Made by a program: the position numbers and the translations under genes. The notes beneath the pieces are model-generated. The model did no database searches. It was not told the DNA's origin and saw only the letters and a list, made by a program, of their open reading frames with translations. DNA of 48,375 nt, from the sequence record DRR378314_2339, one strand, 5' to 3'. Positions 1-10,584 of this stretch are shown here, one piece after another (position 1 is the first letter of the stretch; every line of letters starts with the position of its first letter).

Positions 1-16
1 ATTATGCATGCATAAT
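1..16. promoter_or_regulatory. Perfect 16-bp palindrome ATTATGCATGCATAAT, candidate transcription-factor operator
   Basis: Self-complementary; ends about 96 bp upstream of the ATG at 113; may extend beyond the window edge. Confidence 0.5.
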
Positions 17-112
17 AATTCAAATGTACTGTTTTTTACAAAAATTTAAATATAATAGTCACTAACTTTTAGGTTATCCAAGTATATCCAATTCTTTAAA
101 ACCATAATCCAA

Positions 113-1090
113 ATGAGCAAAAAAGCCGCTTTTATAAAAGAACTAGCGTTACCCGTGGTAGCAGCACCCATGTTTCTTATATCTGGCCCGCAATTGGTCA
201 TTGAATGCTGTAAAAATGGAATAGTCGGTACTTTTCCCGCTCTCAATCAGCGAAGTACGGAAGGTTTTGAGGATTGGTTGGTAGAAATTAAAACCGAATT
301 AAAGAAATATGAAGAGGAAACTGGAAAGAAAGCCGCCCCCTATGGCGTGAATCTAATTGTACACCCTACAAACCCAAGATTGGAAGCGGATTTAAAAGTT
401 TGTATAAAACATAAAGTCCCTTTAATAATTACCTCCTTAGGAGCAGTGTCCCAGTTAGTCAACGCCATACATAGTTATGGTGGTCTGGTATTTCATGATA
501 TCATTAAAAAAAGACATGCCGAAAAAGCCGCCGAAGCTGGGGCAGACGGATTAATATTGGTCTCCGCTGGAGCTGGAGGCCATGCAGGCACCATAAACCC
601 CATGTCCTTGGTTGCAGAAATAAAGAAATTTTACGACAAAACTATTTTACTCTCTGGCTGTATCAGTACCGGAAGGGATATTGCCTCGGCCCTACAAATG
701 GGAGCGGATTTGGCCTATATGGGCACTAGGTTTATAAACACTAAAGAAAGTAAGGCCTCGGAGGAATATAGACAAATGATCATAAACGCCGGGGCCAGTG
801 ATGTGGTCTATACTGCTGCAATATCAGGAGTACACGCCAACTTTTTGGGAGCCAGCTTAAAGGCTGCAGGAATTACGGAAGAAGATTTAAAAAAAGATAG
901 AAAGATAGATTTTGGGAAAGAGCTGAATACCGAAGCCAAAGCCTGGAAAACCATTTGGTCTGCCGGCCAGGGAGTCACCACTATTAACAACGTAGAATCC
1001 GTATCAGAACTGGTGGCCAACCTTAAATCCGAATTCAAATCGGCCATTGAAGACCAGATCAAAGTTTTGGAAATTTATCCAAAAGAATAA
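113..1090 (+). CDS. Nitronate monooxygenase / FabK-like FMN-dependent oxidoreductase
   Basis: 325 aa; PVVAAPMF, GAGGHAG and GADLAYMGTRF motifs. Confidence 0.88.
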   Translation: MSKKAAFIKELALPVVAAPMFLISGPQLVIECCKNGIVGTFPALNQRSTEGFEDWLVEIKTELKKYEEETGKKAAPYGVNLIVHPTNPRLEADLKVCIKHKVPLIITSLGAVSQLVNAIHSYGGLVFHDIIKKRHAEKAAEAGADGLILVSAGAGGHAGTINPMSLVAEIKKFYDKTILLSGCISTGRDIASALQMGADLAYMGTRFINTKESKASEEYRQMIINAGASDVVYTAAISGVHANFLGASLKAAGITEEDLKKDRKIDFGKELNTEAKAWKTIWSAGQGVTTINNVESVSELVANLKSEFKSAIEDQIKVLEIYPKE

Positions 1091-1429
1091 ATTTTGCTTC
1101 TAAAAATATAGTACTCAGGATACCTCCTATAAAAGTAATTCATAGATTAGACGTTGTATAGTATTATAGACGATACTATACTTAGGTACAAAAACCATCA
1201 ATTCTAATATTGACACTACTTCCCTACACCATTTAAACCCGATAAACAGGACCAAAACCGCACTGCTCTAAGTACAAATAGCGGACTTCACCCCTGCGCA
1301 AAACATTAAGTTAATTTATGTTAAAAAATACCAAATCATTAATAATATGTGATTTACAATGTACATTAAAGAAATTTAACATTGAATTTTTGTCAAAAAA
1401 CTTTTCTTGTAAAAATATATTACTATATT

Positions 1430-1443
1430 CGTTAACGTTAACG
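1430..1443. promoter_or_regulatory. Putative LacI-family operator CGTTAACGTTAACG at the susC promoter
   Basis: Perfect palindrome with central CG; overlaps -7-like TATATTCG (1424-1431); identical copy at 11987-12000. Confidence 0.8.
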
Positions 1444-1492
1444 TGTAAAAATCTAACTTTTAATGTTTAACTAACTCTTCAAAACTCAGATT

Positions 1493-4400
1493 ATGGAAAA
1501 ACAAATTAATGAAGTAATTCATTCACGTCAGGGTGTGCCTGTTTGGAAGAAAATCTTTCTGCAGCTAACCTTGCTGGCGTTTTTAGGTGCGCACAGCACC
1601 TCTTATTCAATTACGGACTCAGACCTGTCCATTCAACAACAGGTTAGCGGTACGGTAACAGATGATGCAGGCGTGCCTTTGCCTGGTGCAAGTATCGTTG
1701 TAAGGGGAACTACAACAGGTACAGTAGCGGATTTTGACGGCAATTATACCATCAATGTTGCCTCCAACGGCGTATTGGTATTCAGTTATGTTGGATTTAC
1801 ACCAAAAGAAATTGCGGTAAACGGCAATACTACTATTAACGCTGCCTTAGAAATTGATTCCAGCTTATTGGATGAAGTGGTAGTGGTGGGATATGGTACC
1901 CAAAAGAAGGGCGAGGTTACAGCGGCAATTGCCTCAGTAGATGCCGAACAATTGGGTATTGTCCAAACCTCTAGCAGTATTGATGCCGTTAAAGGGCAAA
2001 TTTCCGGGGTAGACATTCAGGCTTCTGGAGGAAGACCTGGACAAACCTCAACTGTGCGGATTAGGGGTAGAAGATCTATAACCGCCTCCAATGACCCGCT
2101 ATATGTAGTGGATGGAATTCCATTAATTGACGGTTCGGAATCAATGTCCGATATTAACCCACAGGACATTTCTTCAATGCAAATATTAAAAGATGCAGCG
2201 GCAACAGCTGTTTACGGATCCCGTGGGGCAAATGGGGTGGTATTGGTTACCACGAACCGTGGTAAAACCGGAAAGACCCAAGTACGTTACAGTAGCCAAA
2301 TCGGGTTAACATCCGCAGCACAATTGGTAGATATGATGAACGGCGAAGAGTACGCAGCTCTTAAAAGAGAGGCGCGACGTTCTTCATGGAACGGCACGAT
2401 ACCTGATGATGCCGCCGTATTTTTTGATCCTGTTGAACTTGAATCATTGGCTCTAGGTCGTTCTACGGATTACCTTGATTTAGTTGTAGGCAATGGATAC
2501 CAGACCAACCATCAGTTAGGGGTGAGTGGGGGATCTGAAAATACAACCTTTAATTCTTCCATAGGTTATTTTAAAGAACAAGGAATAATCAGCAATCAAG
2601 ACTACGAAAGATTTACCGGGAGGTTAAATATTGATCACAGAATCAACAAAATTTTCAAAATTGGGGCTTCATTCATGATTTCTAATTCCGTACAGAATTG
2701 GGGATCTAATGCAACAGTTGGTGAAGCATTGGCGAATAATCCGTTGGGTGTTCCTTATGATGCCAATGGTGAGCTATTATTTTTGCCTACCAATGATGGG
2801 ATACGAACCAACCCATTGAATGAACTGGTAGATGGAGCTTATATTGATGAAAGAAAGTGGACCCGTATTTTTGCGCCCATTTTTTTAGATATAGATATTG
2901 CCGAAGGTCTTCAGTGGAGAACTTTGTTCGGTCCCGATATACGATTGGGCAGAAGAGGACAATTTAGAGGCAGTTTAACCAATGACAACCGTGGTGGCCC
3001 AGGTGATGCATCTATAGAACATTCTGATAACTTTGCATATACAATTGAAAACTTATTGACATACGATAAGGCCATTACGGATAAACATAATTTGAAGGTA
3101 ACCTTGCTACAAAGTACCCAGAGTTCCAAAACGGAGTTCTCTCTTGCATCGGTAACTGGGATTCCTTATGAGTCGCAATCCTTTTATAATTTAGGTTCTG
3201 CAGACAATAGTCTGGCTCAATCTAGATTGACAGAATGGACATTAAACTCATTTATGGGACGTTTAAATTATGATATTTCGGGAAAATATCTTTTTCAAGC
3301 ATCACTCAGGGCGGATGGTTCCTCAAGATTGGCCGAAGGAAACAAATGGAATTATTTTCCAGGGGCTTCCCTAGGTTGGAGATTGTCCGAAGAGGCTTTC
3401 ATGAAAAATACGTCTGTCTCACAGTTAATGTTGAGGGCATCCTATGGAGAAGTGGGTAATACCTCTGTTGCGCCTTATCAAACGGCAGGCAGGTTGGCTC
3501 CATCAGCTTATGCTTGGGGCGAAGGTAATGCACTTGGAAGGGCACTCTTTGAAATACCAAATCCAGATTTAGGTTGGGAAGTTTCCAAAACTTTGGACAT
3601 TGGTGTAGATTATGGACTATTCAATGGTCGTATCAATGGTGCAATAGATTGGTTTAGGACTAATACGGTAGACATCCTGCTAGATAGAAGTCTCCCATTT
3701 ACATCGGGCTACAGTAGTATTTTACAGAATATTGGAGCCACACGAACACAAGGATTAGAATTTGCAGTTAGTGCAAGTATCTTTGATAATCCAAAGGGCT
3801 TCTCTTGGAAAATGGACTTTAATGTTGCCGGTTACAAAGAGGAAATCGTTGAATTGGCCTTAAAGGATGAGAATGGAAATCCTATAGATGATATAGGTAA
3901 CAGTTGGTTCATTGGTCAGCCGATCAGGGTTTTCTATGATTACGAAAAAATAGGTATTTATCAAGCTGACGAAGTGGCTTTGGCCAATTCACAAGAACAA
4001 AAAGTTCCTGGAGAAATTCGACTTAATGATTTGGATGGGGACGGACTTATTACCCCGGAGGATCGTAAGGTTTTAGGTACGGACACACCTGATTATTATG
4101 GTGGTTTAACCAACAAGTTCTCTTATAAAGGTTTGGAATTGGGTGTTTTCTTTTACTTCCGTCAAGGACAAACCATACAATCTGACTTCCATGGGGGTAA
4201 TAACTCATTGTTTGCCAGATACAACAACCTAGATGTTGATTACTGGACATTAGATAATCCGACCAATGCGAATCCTAGGCCCAACGAAAATCAAGAGAGC
4301 CCTAGAAACGGATCTACGTTGAGATATTTTGATGGCAGTTTCATTAAATTAAGAAACGTGTCTTTGAGCTATAAACTTCCAGATTCGTTTGTTGACAAAC

Positions 4401-4564
4401 TGGGTATGGAAGAATTAAAACTATCAATAGCAGGTCAAAACCTGTTGTTTATAACCGATTATGAAACATTTGACCCTGAAGTTTCCGAAGATGCAGGTTC
4501 TTTGGGATCTGGCATTGTGCCAAGTAATAAAATGTATTCATTGAGCTTGAGCGCTAGGTTTTAA
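1493..4564 (+). CDS. susC: SusC/RagA-family TonB-dependent receptor
   Basis: 1023 aa; LDEVVVVGYG, IRIRGRRS-type plug, DPLYVVDG, LKDAAATAVYGSRGANGVVLVTT; C-terminal F. Confidence 0.96.
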   Translation: MEKQINEVIHSRQGVPVWKKIFLQLTLLAFLGAHSTSYSITDSDLSIQQQVSGTVTDDAGVPLPGASIVVRGTTTGTVADFDGNYTINVASNGVLVFSYVGFTPKEIAVNGNTTINAALEIDSSLLDEVVVVGYGTQKKGEVTAAIASVDAEQLGIVQTSSSIDAVKGQISGVDIQASGGRPGQTSTVRIRGRRSITASNDPLYVVDGIPLIDGSESMSDINPQDISSMQILKDAAATAVYGSRGANGVVLVTTNRGKTGKTQVRYSSQIGLTSAAQLVDMMNGEEYAALKREARRSSWNGTIPDDAAVFFDPVELESLALGRSTDYLDLVVGNGYQTNHQLGVSGGSENTTFNSSIGYFKEQGIISNQDYERFTGRLNIDHRINKIFKIGASFMISNSVQNWGSNATVGEALANNPLGVPYDANGELLFLPTNDGIRTNPLNELVDGAYIDERKWTRIFAPIFLDIDIAEGLQWRTLFGPDIRLGRRGQFRGSLTNDNRGGPGDASIEHSDNFAYTIENLLTYDKAITDKHNLKVTLLQSTQSSKTEFSLASVTGIPYESQSFYNLGSADNSLAQSRLTEWTLNSFMGRLNYDISGKYLFQASLRADGSSRLAEGNKWNYFPGASLGWRLSEEAFMKNTSVSQLMLRASYGEVGNTSVAPYQTAGRLAPSAYAWGEGNALGRALFEIPNPDLGWEVSKTLDIGVDYGLFNGRINGAIDWFRTNTVDILLDRSLPFTSGYSSILQNIGATRTQGLEFAVSASIFDNPKGFSWKMDFNVAGYKEEIVELALKDENGNPIDDIGNSWFIGQPIRVFYDYEKIGIYQADEVALANSQEQKVPGEIRLNDLDGDGLITPEDRKVLGTDTPDYYGGLTNKFSYKGLELGVFFYFRQGQTIQSDFHGGNNSLFARYNNLDVDYWTLDNPTNANPRPNENQESPRNGSTLRYFDGSFIKLRNVSLSYKLPDSFVDKLGMEELKLSIAGQNLLFITDYETFDPEVSEDAGSLGSGIVPSNKMYSLSLSARF

Positions 4565-4604
4565 GGAGTTTAAAAATCAGATTAAAATGATAATTCAAAA
4601 TATT

Positions 4605-6269
4605 ATGAAAAGTAAAATATATTGTATTTGGTTTTTAACCTTGGGGTTCTTAATCAATTCATGCGATAAATCCTTAGAAGAAGAGCTTGTAACAGACGTT
4701 TCGGCTGCTTCATATTACACAACGGAAAAAGGTTTTCAAGATGCCGTAAATGCAACTTATTCACTCTTAAAGCCTTTTTATGGACAGGAAATCGGCTTTA
4801 CAATGACGGTCTTCGGAACGGACACCTATAATAATGGGGCTGATGGTAGCCATAAATTTTTTAATTTCTATGACACTAGTTTGAACGCATCATCTTCAAT
4901 GGTCAGAGATGCTTGGGCTACTTGGTACAGAGGTATCAACCAAGCCAACGGCGTAATCAACCGTTCGGACGGCATAGAAATGGATGAAGCGGAAAAAACT
5001 TCGCGTATAGCGGAAGTACGTTTCCTAAGGGCACTTTATTACTTTAACATTGTAACCACGTATGGTGATGCCCATCTTAGTCTAGAGGAAACAGAAGGTA
5101 TAGAAGTGGAAGCGAATAAAACTCCTCAGGCAGAGATTTATAACCAGGCTATCATTCCTGATCTCGAGTTTGCTATAGCCACTTTACCTAACTCGCAATC
5201 CGATTACGGTCGTGCCACAAAAGCTGCGGCAGAGTTTTTATTGGGTAAAGTACTATTAACTCGAAGCTACAAATCATTTGCAGATGGTAATGACGCATCT
5301 AGAGCGGAAACACTTTTCAGTAACGTCATCAACAATTACGGTTTTTCTCTTCTAGATGATTTTGCGGATTTATGGGATATTAGCAACCAAGAAAACAGTG
5401 AAATGGTCTTTGTTATTCCCAATGCAAAGTCACAGGTTGATAGCGATATTGACCCTTATGGTCATCGTGGGCACCTTTATTTCTTACAGGAATACGATGT
5501 ACGTCGCGGTATGACCCGGGATATTGAAAACGGCAGACCATGGAAAAGATTTAGACCTACCGATTTTACACTAAGTTTATGGGATAGGGATATTGATACG
5601 CGTTATGACAAATCATTTAAACATGTATGGTACGCAAACAAAAATGAACCTGCCACACCAGCAAACCCAGACAATGGTGAACCGGCAAGAGCGGCATTAA
5701 CAATTGGCGATACTGCTATTTTCATTCCTGGACCTGGAAAAGACATTGATTGGCCACAATCGTTGCAGGACACGAAACCATATATTACTATAACAAACGA
5801 CGAATATTCAGAACGTTTGTTCCCATCAATGAACAAATGGATCGACCCTACTAGGCCAGATCGTCAAAAGGTAAATGGGCAACGCGATTTTATTTTAATG
5901 CGTTTGGCCGATGCGTACTTATTGCGCGCCGAAGCACGATTACAGCAAAATAATCCTTCGGGTGCCGCTATTGACATTAATGTTGTTCGGGTAAGGTCGG
6001 CAGTTCCAGGACAAGAGGCCGCCATTGAAATTACTTCAAGTGATGTTGATATAGATTTTATTCTAGATGAGCGTGCGCGTGAATTAATAGGTGAAGGATG
6101 GCGCTGGTGGGATTTAACCAGGACCGGAAAGTTGGTAGAACGTACTAGACTACACAATCCTACTGCGGCGCCCAACATCCAGGATTACCATGTTTTAAGA
6201 CCTATCCCCCAAGAACAAATAGACAGGACCTTAGGAGGTTATCCACAAAATCCCGGATATCCACAATAA
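4605..6269 (+). CDS. susD: SusD/RagB-family lipoprotein (alternative start 4587)
   Basis: Lipobox LINSC; AEVRFLRALYYF, MRLADAYLLRAEA, ERARELIGEGWRWWDL, QNPGY. Confidence 0.95.
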   Translation: MKSKIYCIWFLTLGFLINSCDKSLEEELVTDVSAASYYTTEKGFQDAVNATYSLLKPFYGQEIGFTMTVFGTDTYNNGADGSHKFFNFYDTSLNASSSMVRDAWATWYRGINQANGVINRSDGIEMDEAEKTSRIAEVRFLRALYYFNIVTTYGDAHLSLEETEGIEVEANKTPQAEIYNQAIIPDLEFAIATLPNSQSDYGRATKAAAEFLLGKVLLTRSYKSFADGNDASRAETLFSNVINNYGFSLLDDFADLWDISNQENSEMVFVIPNAKSQVDSDIDPYGHRGHLYFLQEYDVRRGMTRDIENGRPWKRFRPTDFTLSLWDRDIDTRYDKSFKHVWYANKNEPATPANPDNGEPARAALTIGDTAIFIPGPGKDIDWPQSLQDTKPYITITNDEYSERLFPSMNKWIDPTRPDRQKVNGQRDFILMRLADAYLLRAEARLQQNNPSGAAIDINVVRVRSAVPGQEAAIEITSSDVDIDFILDERARELIGEGWRWWDLTRTGKLVERTRLHNPTAAPNIQDYHVLRPIPQEQIDRTLGGYPQNPGYPQ

Positions 6270-6297
6270 TTATAAGTAGCCTTTGAGTTAGTACTGA

Positions 6298-6333
6298 AAT
6301 AGGCCTCCAAATATTTGGAGGCCTATTATTTTT
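6298..6333. terminator. Probably bidirectional intrinsic terminator between convergent susD and lacI
   Basis: Perfect 30-bp inverted repeat AATAGGCCTCCAAAT/ATTTGGAGGCCTATT (6298-6327) followed by a T-rich tract. Confidence 0.85.
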
Positions 6334-6377
6334 GTTGATATTTGAACAAAACTTAAGTGTTGGGGTGAGATGGTTTC

Positions 6378-7427
6378 CTAATTCAAATCACTATTCTCCT
6401 GCACAATTATTTCTACAGGGACATCCATATTTAAATCTGTAGGGTCCTGTTCCGTAAGGAATTTAAACATTCCCTTAATAGCAGTATACCCTTGAACATC
6501 CGGCTTTTGATTGATCAAAAAATCAATCTCCTGCTTTCTGAGACATTCCAGATTATCCTGATGTAGGTCAAAGCCCACCACAGAAACATTGGAAACATTA
6601 TAGGTCTTAAGAATATCCGGTATTAAATAAGATCTTGAATTGGTCACAAAAATGCCTTTCCGCCTCGGATCCTTGAACCAGTTCTCTATTTCAGGATTAA
6701 TTTCGAAAGGGCGATCTATAGGATGATTTATGGTCATAATAGAAATTGGCTTTCCCTTGAAATTAGTTGCAAAGAATTCCCTAAAGCCATTTTCCCTTTG
6801 TTGATTATTGGCGTGCAATCCCCTATCCGTTACAATATTGATTACAAAATAGAGTCCCTCGGTCCCAACCAGCCCATGTAAAAGCCTAGCCCCCACCATT
6901 CCGGCCTTATGTGAATTCTGCCGAATAAAGTAGGAAGGATAGTCCAGTTTTATCTCCGTGTCCATAAAGACTATGGGAATCTTTTCGGCCTTGGCCTTAC
7001 TTAAAAGATTGTTGCATTCCACCATAAAAAATGGAACCGTCACCAGGGCGTCATATTTTTTATTTATAATGGCATCGCCCATTTTTATAAAGGAGAAAGG
7101 ATCGGTAAAATAGTAATATGAAACAAGAATACCCATCTCACTTAATTCCTCCACTGCCTTTTCAATGCCTTTTTTAGGAAGTTCCCAATAACTCCAATTA
7201 CTGGAGACCTCTGGTATAAGCACCGCAATTTTTAGTTTCTTACGGCCTGCCAAATTAAGGCGACTGGCCACCGTATTCTTTTTATATCCGGTTTCCTTTA
7301 TAATGGCCTTTATTTTTTCGCGTGTTGCCTTGGATACCCCGGGCCTATCATGTAACACCCTATCTACAGTACCAATGGAGACATTGGCCAGCTTGGCAAT
7401 TTGTTTAATTCCTATAAGATCGTCCAT
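6378..7427 (-). CDS. LacI-family transcriptional regulator
   Basis: HTH IKQIAKLANVSIGTVDRVLH plus periplasmic-binding-fold effector domain (VSVVGFD). Confidence 0.93.
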   Translation of the reverse strand: MDDLIGIKQIAKLANVSIGTVDRVLHDRPGVSKATREKIKAIIKETGYKKNTVASRLNLAGRKKLKIAVLIPEVSSNWSYWELPKKGIEKAVEELSEMGILVSYYYFTDPFSFIKMGDAIINKKYDALVTVPFFMVECNNLLSKAKAEKIPIVFMDTEIKLDYPSYFIRQNSHKAGMVGARLLHGLVGTEGLYFVINIVTDRGLHANNQQRENGFREFFATNFKGKPISIMTINHPIDRPFEINPEIENWFKDPRRKGIFVTNSRSYLIPDILKTYNVSNVSVVGFDLHQDNLECLRKQEIDFLINQKPDVQGYTAIKGMFKFLTEQDPTDLNMDVPVEIIVQENSDLN

Positions 7428-7498
7428 AAAAGGGGGTATCTTTAATTTACAATGGTATCATTGCAAAAAATAAGGGCTAAATTACAATTTGTATTTAT

Positions 7499-8104
7499 TT
7501 ATAGCCTGCCCAAAACTATTTTTTTAAAGTGTATTTCCATTTCTCTTCCTGGGTGCAATTGCAACCCAACCGGGCCTTGCAGATTGGCATTATCCATAGT
7601 ATAATTCATGACTTCCTCTCCATTTAACCAAACGGTGTACTTATTGTTCACTGCACGTGCCTTGATAGTATTCCAGCCCTTTAAACGGAGTAAGTTATTT
7701 ACATTCTTAGCTTCCACGGGATAGCTGGCACCTGGTACATATGGCGACCCGGTCATATCCCTTTTTAGAGAGCCAGATATGCCAATTTGTATCTGTGGGT
7801 TATTTTTATCCTCGCCCCGCATAAATATGCCGGAATCAATGTTCCCACTTATCATTTTAAAATCCAATTGTACTACAAAGTCATTATAACTCTCCTTGGT
7901 CCAAAGTATGGAACCCTTTTTTTCCGGATTATTCTTGGCTATTATCTTTCCGTTCTTGACGGTCCATTCCCCACCATCCGGAATTTTCCAAGATTCCAAT
8001 GTTTTGCCGTTGAACAAGCTGTTCATGGTTGTACTTTCAGAATCCTGGGCCATTCCAATGTTGCCAAAAGTCAGAAAAAGCAATAAAATCACAATATATT
8101 TCAT
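7499..8104 (-). CDS. DUF1080 (3-keto-disaccharide hydrolase family) secreted protein
   Basis: Signal peptide; LFNGKTLESW, DSGIFMR, WNTIKARA, GPVGLQLH, FKKI motifs. Confidence 0.88.
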   Translation of the reverse strand: MKYIVILLLFLTFGNIGMAQDSESTTMNSLFNGKTLESWKIPDGGEWTVKNGKIIAKNNPEKKGSILWTKESYNDFVVQLDFKMISGNIDSGIFMRGEDKNNPQIQIGISGSLKRDMTGSPYVPGASYPVEAKNVNNLLRLKGWNTIKARAVNNKYTVWLNGEEVMNYTMDNANLQGPVGLQLHPGREMEIHFKKIVLGRL

Positions 8105-8114
8105 AGTAGAATTA

Positions 8115-9179
8115 TTAGATTTTGCTAAAATCAGAAAAATATCCGTTCAGTGAATCTTCTGTCAATTGCTCCCCGTTGTGCACCAAAATGGTGTATCTAA
8201 AAGTAACGGATTCCCCTTTGGCCAAGGTGAAATTCAATTTTTCCTTACCTTCCGAAAACACCTCTTGTCCCAAAGGATTGGCCGCAAAAAGTCCGTATCC
8301 TCGAGCATGCCAATAGGTAGGATACCCCACATTACCGGGATGATCCATTATGGTTACCGAAACAGGCTCATCCGCAATCTTTCCGTATAAAGTAGTCCAT
8401 TTGGCCCTAGTTCCCCAGGCCTCTTCTCCCGTCTTTCCTTCGCTGGTTAAATAATTGCCATTAACACCTTCGTTGTTCAAAACCTTTACTTCTGTCGGTA
8501 TCCCGTTGGCATCCATAAATATATCAGGTCGATCGGAAGGAAGCTCCAGCCCTCTGGTTACCCTGATGGCAATCATTCCCTCTTTATTGTCCTTAAAGGA
8601 TACATCTTCCAAGGCTTTCAGGGTAGTGGTCCTAATAATCTTCCTGGTATCCCCGTTTTGACTAAAGGCAAATTCCGTTGTTTCTTCCAATAAATTTTTA
8701 TTATCGGAAGTATCCCAGCTAGCCTTGGTGACTAGGATACCCTTTTCTGCATCCGTTTCCACGATCTGCCGATGGTTGATGGTTCCATATTTATGTTTAT
8801 CCTCTTCTTTTATGGCATAGGAATTGTTCCAAAAATCCAATCCGTTTACATCTCCGTAATTAAACCATATCCCCACATGGTGCGGATGGTCCACCCTTTC
8901 CCCCTCTACAGGCTCTATCGGGAATCCCCTGGTTATTTTTTTACCGCTTTTGGTAATTACCGGATAGAGAACGGGTTTAGGAGTTTTTCCATCGTATACG
9001 TAGCTTGTAAATAAATTTCCATCTATTAGTACGTTTACCTTTTGGTTGTTTTCATCTGTAGTAAAGGTGACTTGATCCATCTTTGGTGAAGGTTCCTCAA
9101 CATTCCCCTTTTCTACCTTATCCTTACAGGATGAAATTACCATTAAAATGAGTATACAACCTATATTGATTTTATTCAT
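8115..9179 (-). CDS. PmoA/DUF6807-like lipoprotein of unknown function
   Basis: Lipobox ISSC; KPVLYP, DHPHHVGIWF, WHARGYGLFAANP motifs. Confidence 0.75.
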   Translation of the reverse strand: MNKINIGCILILMVISSCKDKVEKGNVEEPSPKMDQVTFTTDENNQKVNVLIDGNLFTSYVYDGKTPKPVLYPVITKSGKKITRGFPIEPVEGERVDHPHHVGIWFNYGDVNGLDFWNNSYAIKEEDKHKYGTINHRQIVETDAEKGILVTKASWDTSDNKNLLEETTEFAFSQNGDTRKIIRTTTLKALEDVSFKDNKEGMIAIRVTRGLELPSDRPDIFMDANGIPTEVKVLNNEGVNGNYLTSEGKTGEEAWGTRAKWTTLYGKIADEPVSVTIMDHPGNVGYPTYWHARGYGLFAANPLGQEVFSEGKEKLNFTLAKGESVTFRYTILVHNGEQLTEDSLNGYFSDFSKI

Positions 9180-9197
9180 GCTATTGATGTTTTAAGA

Positions 9198-10556
9198 TTA
9201 ATATTTGAAGACATTATCACCGGCCAAAACATCCTGAGCCTTCTCATCGAAAGTGGATTTTAATCCCGTCCTAAGGGCTGCGGTAGTCATTATGTTGGCA
9301 ATGGAATGATTGTAGGCAGCATCTATTGGACCATTTGTTTCCTTTCTGCTCCTTACACATTCCATCCAATTCAACATGTGCAAAGAGGTCATATTATCTG
9401 CACCGGTATCTGCAGAGGTGACCACTTGTACAGCACTATCCGATAGATCAAATTCTGGTAATTTATTCTCTTGCATTCCCATTTTATTGGCATGGGAAGC
9501 ATTTAATCCACCATTGGGACTCACCTTATTGGTATCCAAGTTCAATTCTCCCCCATTGGAATAATATATTTCCTTTGTACCTCCTGCGGAATTGGTAAAC
9601 CTGGAAGAATATACCACTTGGAAACCTTTGGAAAGGTCATCCAATGGGCCATAATCGAATACCGCCGTCATGGTATCGTAATTTTTTCTTCCGTCTTTCC
9701 ATAGATAGATTCCTCCATTCGCAGCAACACTACGCGGATGGTTTAATCCCGTAAACCAGTGAACAGTATCGATCTGGTGGGACATCCATTGTCCTGGAAT
9801 TCCTGAAGAAAAAGGCCAAAACAATCTATACTCCAAATATTTTCTAGGATCCCAGGCCTCATAAGGTCTGTTCATTAAATAACGCTTCCAATCGGTATCC
9901 GATTCCTTGATTTGATTGGTCAATTCAGGTAATCGCCATCTGTCCGGTTGATTTACGTTCCAACTCATTTCAACCATCACAATATCACCAAATTTACCCG
10001 ATTTAATATAGTCGTTGGCTGCGTGGTAATTTTTCCCGCTTCGCCTTTGTGAACCAATTTGAAATACGATTCCCGAATCTTGGACCGCCTTTTTACCAAC
10101 CCTGGCATCATCCATAGTTTCGGCAAAGGGTTTTTCTACATAAACATCCTTTTTTGCATTGGCAGCTTGCACGGTGTGCAAGGCGTGTTGGAAATCTGGA
10201 GTGGAGATTATGACGGCATCAATTTTATTTTCGTCATACATTTCGTCATGGTTTCTCCAAATCCTCATCTTTTCCCCGGTCTTTTCCTTTAGGAAAGCAG
10301 CTCCTTCATCCCTTCTGCGGTTCCAAATATCGGAAACCCCAACAATTTCAAAGTTCTGTTTTTTGTGATGGCCCAGGAATGCTGGTATCAATGCCCCTTT
10401 GGCCCTATTGGAAAACCCTGCAATTCCTACCCTTACCCTATCATTGGCGCCAATGATCTTACTGTAACTTTTGGCACTCATTGAATTAACCCCTAAGGCT
10501 ATGCCTCCTGAGACCAAAGCCGTTTTCTTAATAAAATTTCTACGTCCCTCACTCAT
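9198..10556 (-). CDS. Gfo/Idh/MocA-family oxidoreductase with Tat signal
   Basis: Start moved to 10556 (MSEGRRNFIKK twin-arginine signal); GANDRVRVG, ISTPDFQH, VYVEKP, QIGSQRRS. Confidence 0.92.
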   Translation of the reverse strand: MSEGRRNFIKKTALVSGGIALGVNSMSAKSYSKIIGANDRVRVGIAGFSNRAKGALIPAFLGHHKKQNFEIVGVSDIWNRRRDEGAAFLKEKTGEKMRIWRNHDEMYDENKIDAVIISTPDFQHALHTVQAANAKKDVYVEKPFAETMDDARVGKKAVQDSGIVFQIGSQRRSGKNYHAANDYIKSGKFGDIVMVEMSWNVNQPDRWRLPELTNQIKESDTDWKRYLMNRPYEAWDPRKYLEYRLFWPFSSGIPGQWMSHQIDTVHWFTGLNHPRSVAANGGIYLWKDGRKNYDTMTAVFDYGPLDDLSKGFQVVYSSRFTNSAGGTKEIYYSNGGELNLDTNKVSPNGGLNASHANKMGMQENKLPEFDLSDSAVQVVTSADTGADNMTSLHMLNWMECVRSRKETNGPIDAAYNHSIANIMTTAALRTGLKSTFDEKAQDVLAGDNVFKY

Positions 10557-10584
10557 AATTCTAATATTTTCAATTGAACCTAAT

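Noticed and set aside
1156-1181. GTATAGTAT/ATACTATAC inverted repeat after the first gene
   Set aside because: AT-rich stem without a U-tract; too weak to call a terminator
8115-9179. 'PmoA' family name suggesting methane oxidation
   Set aside because: Soluble lipoprotein in a sugar locus; no multi-TM topology and no pmoB/pmoC
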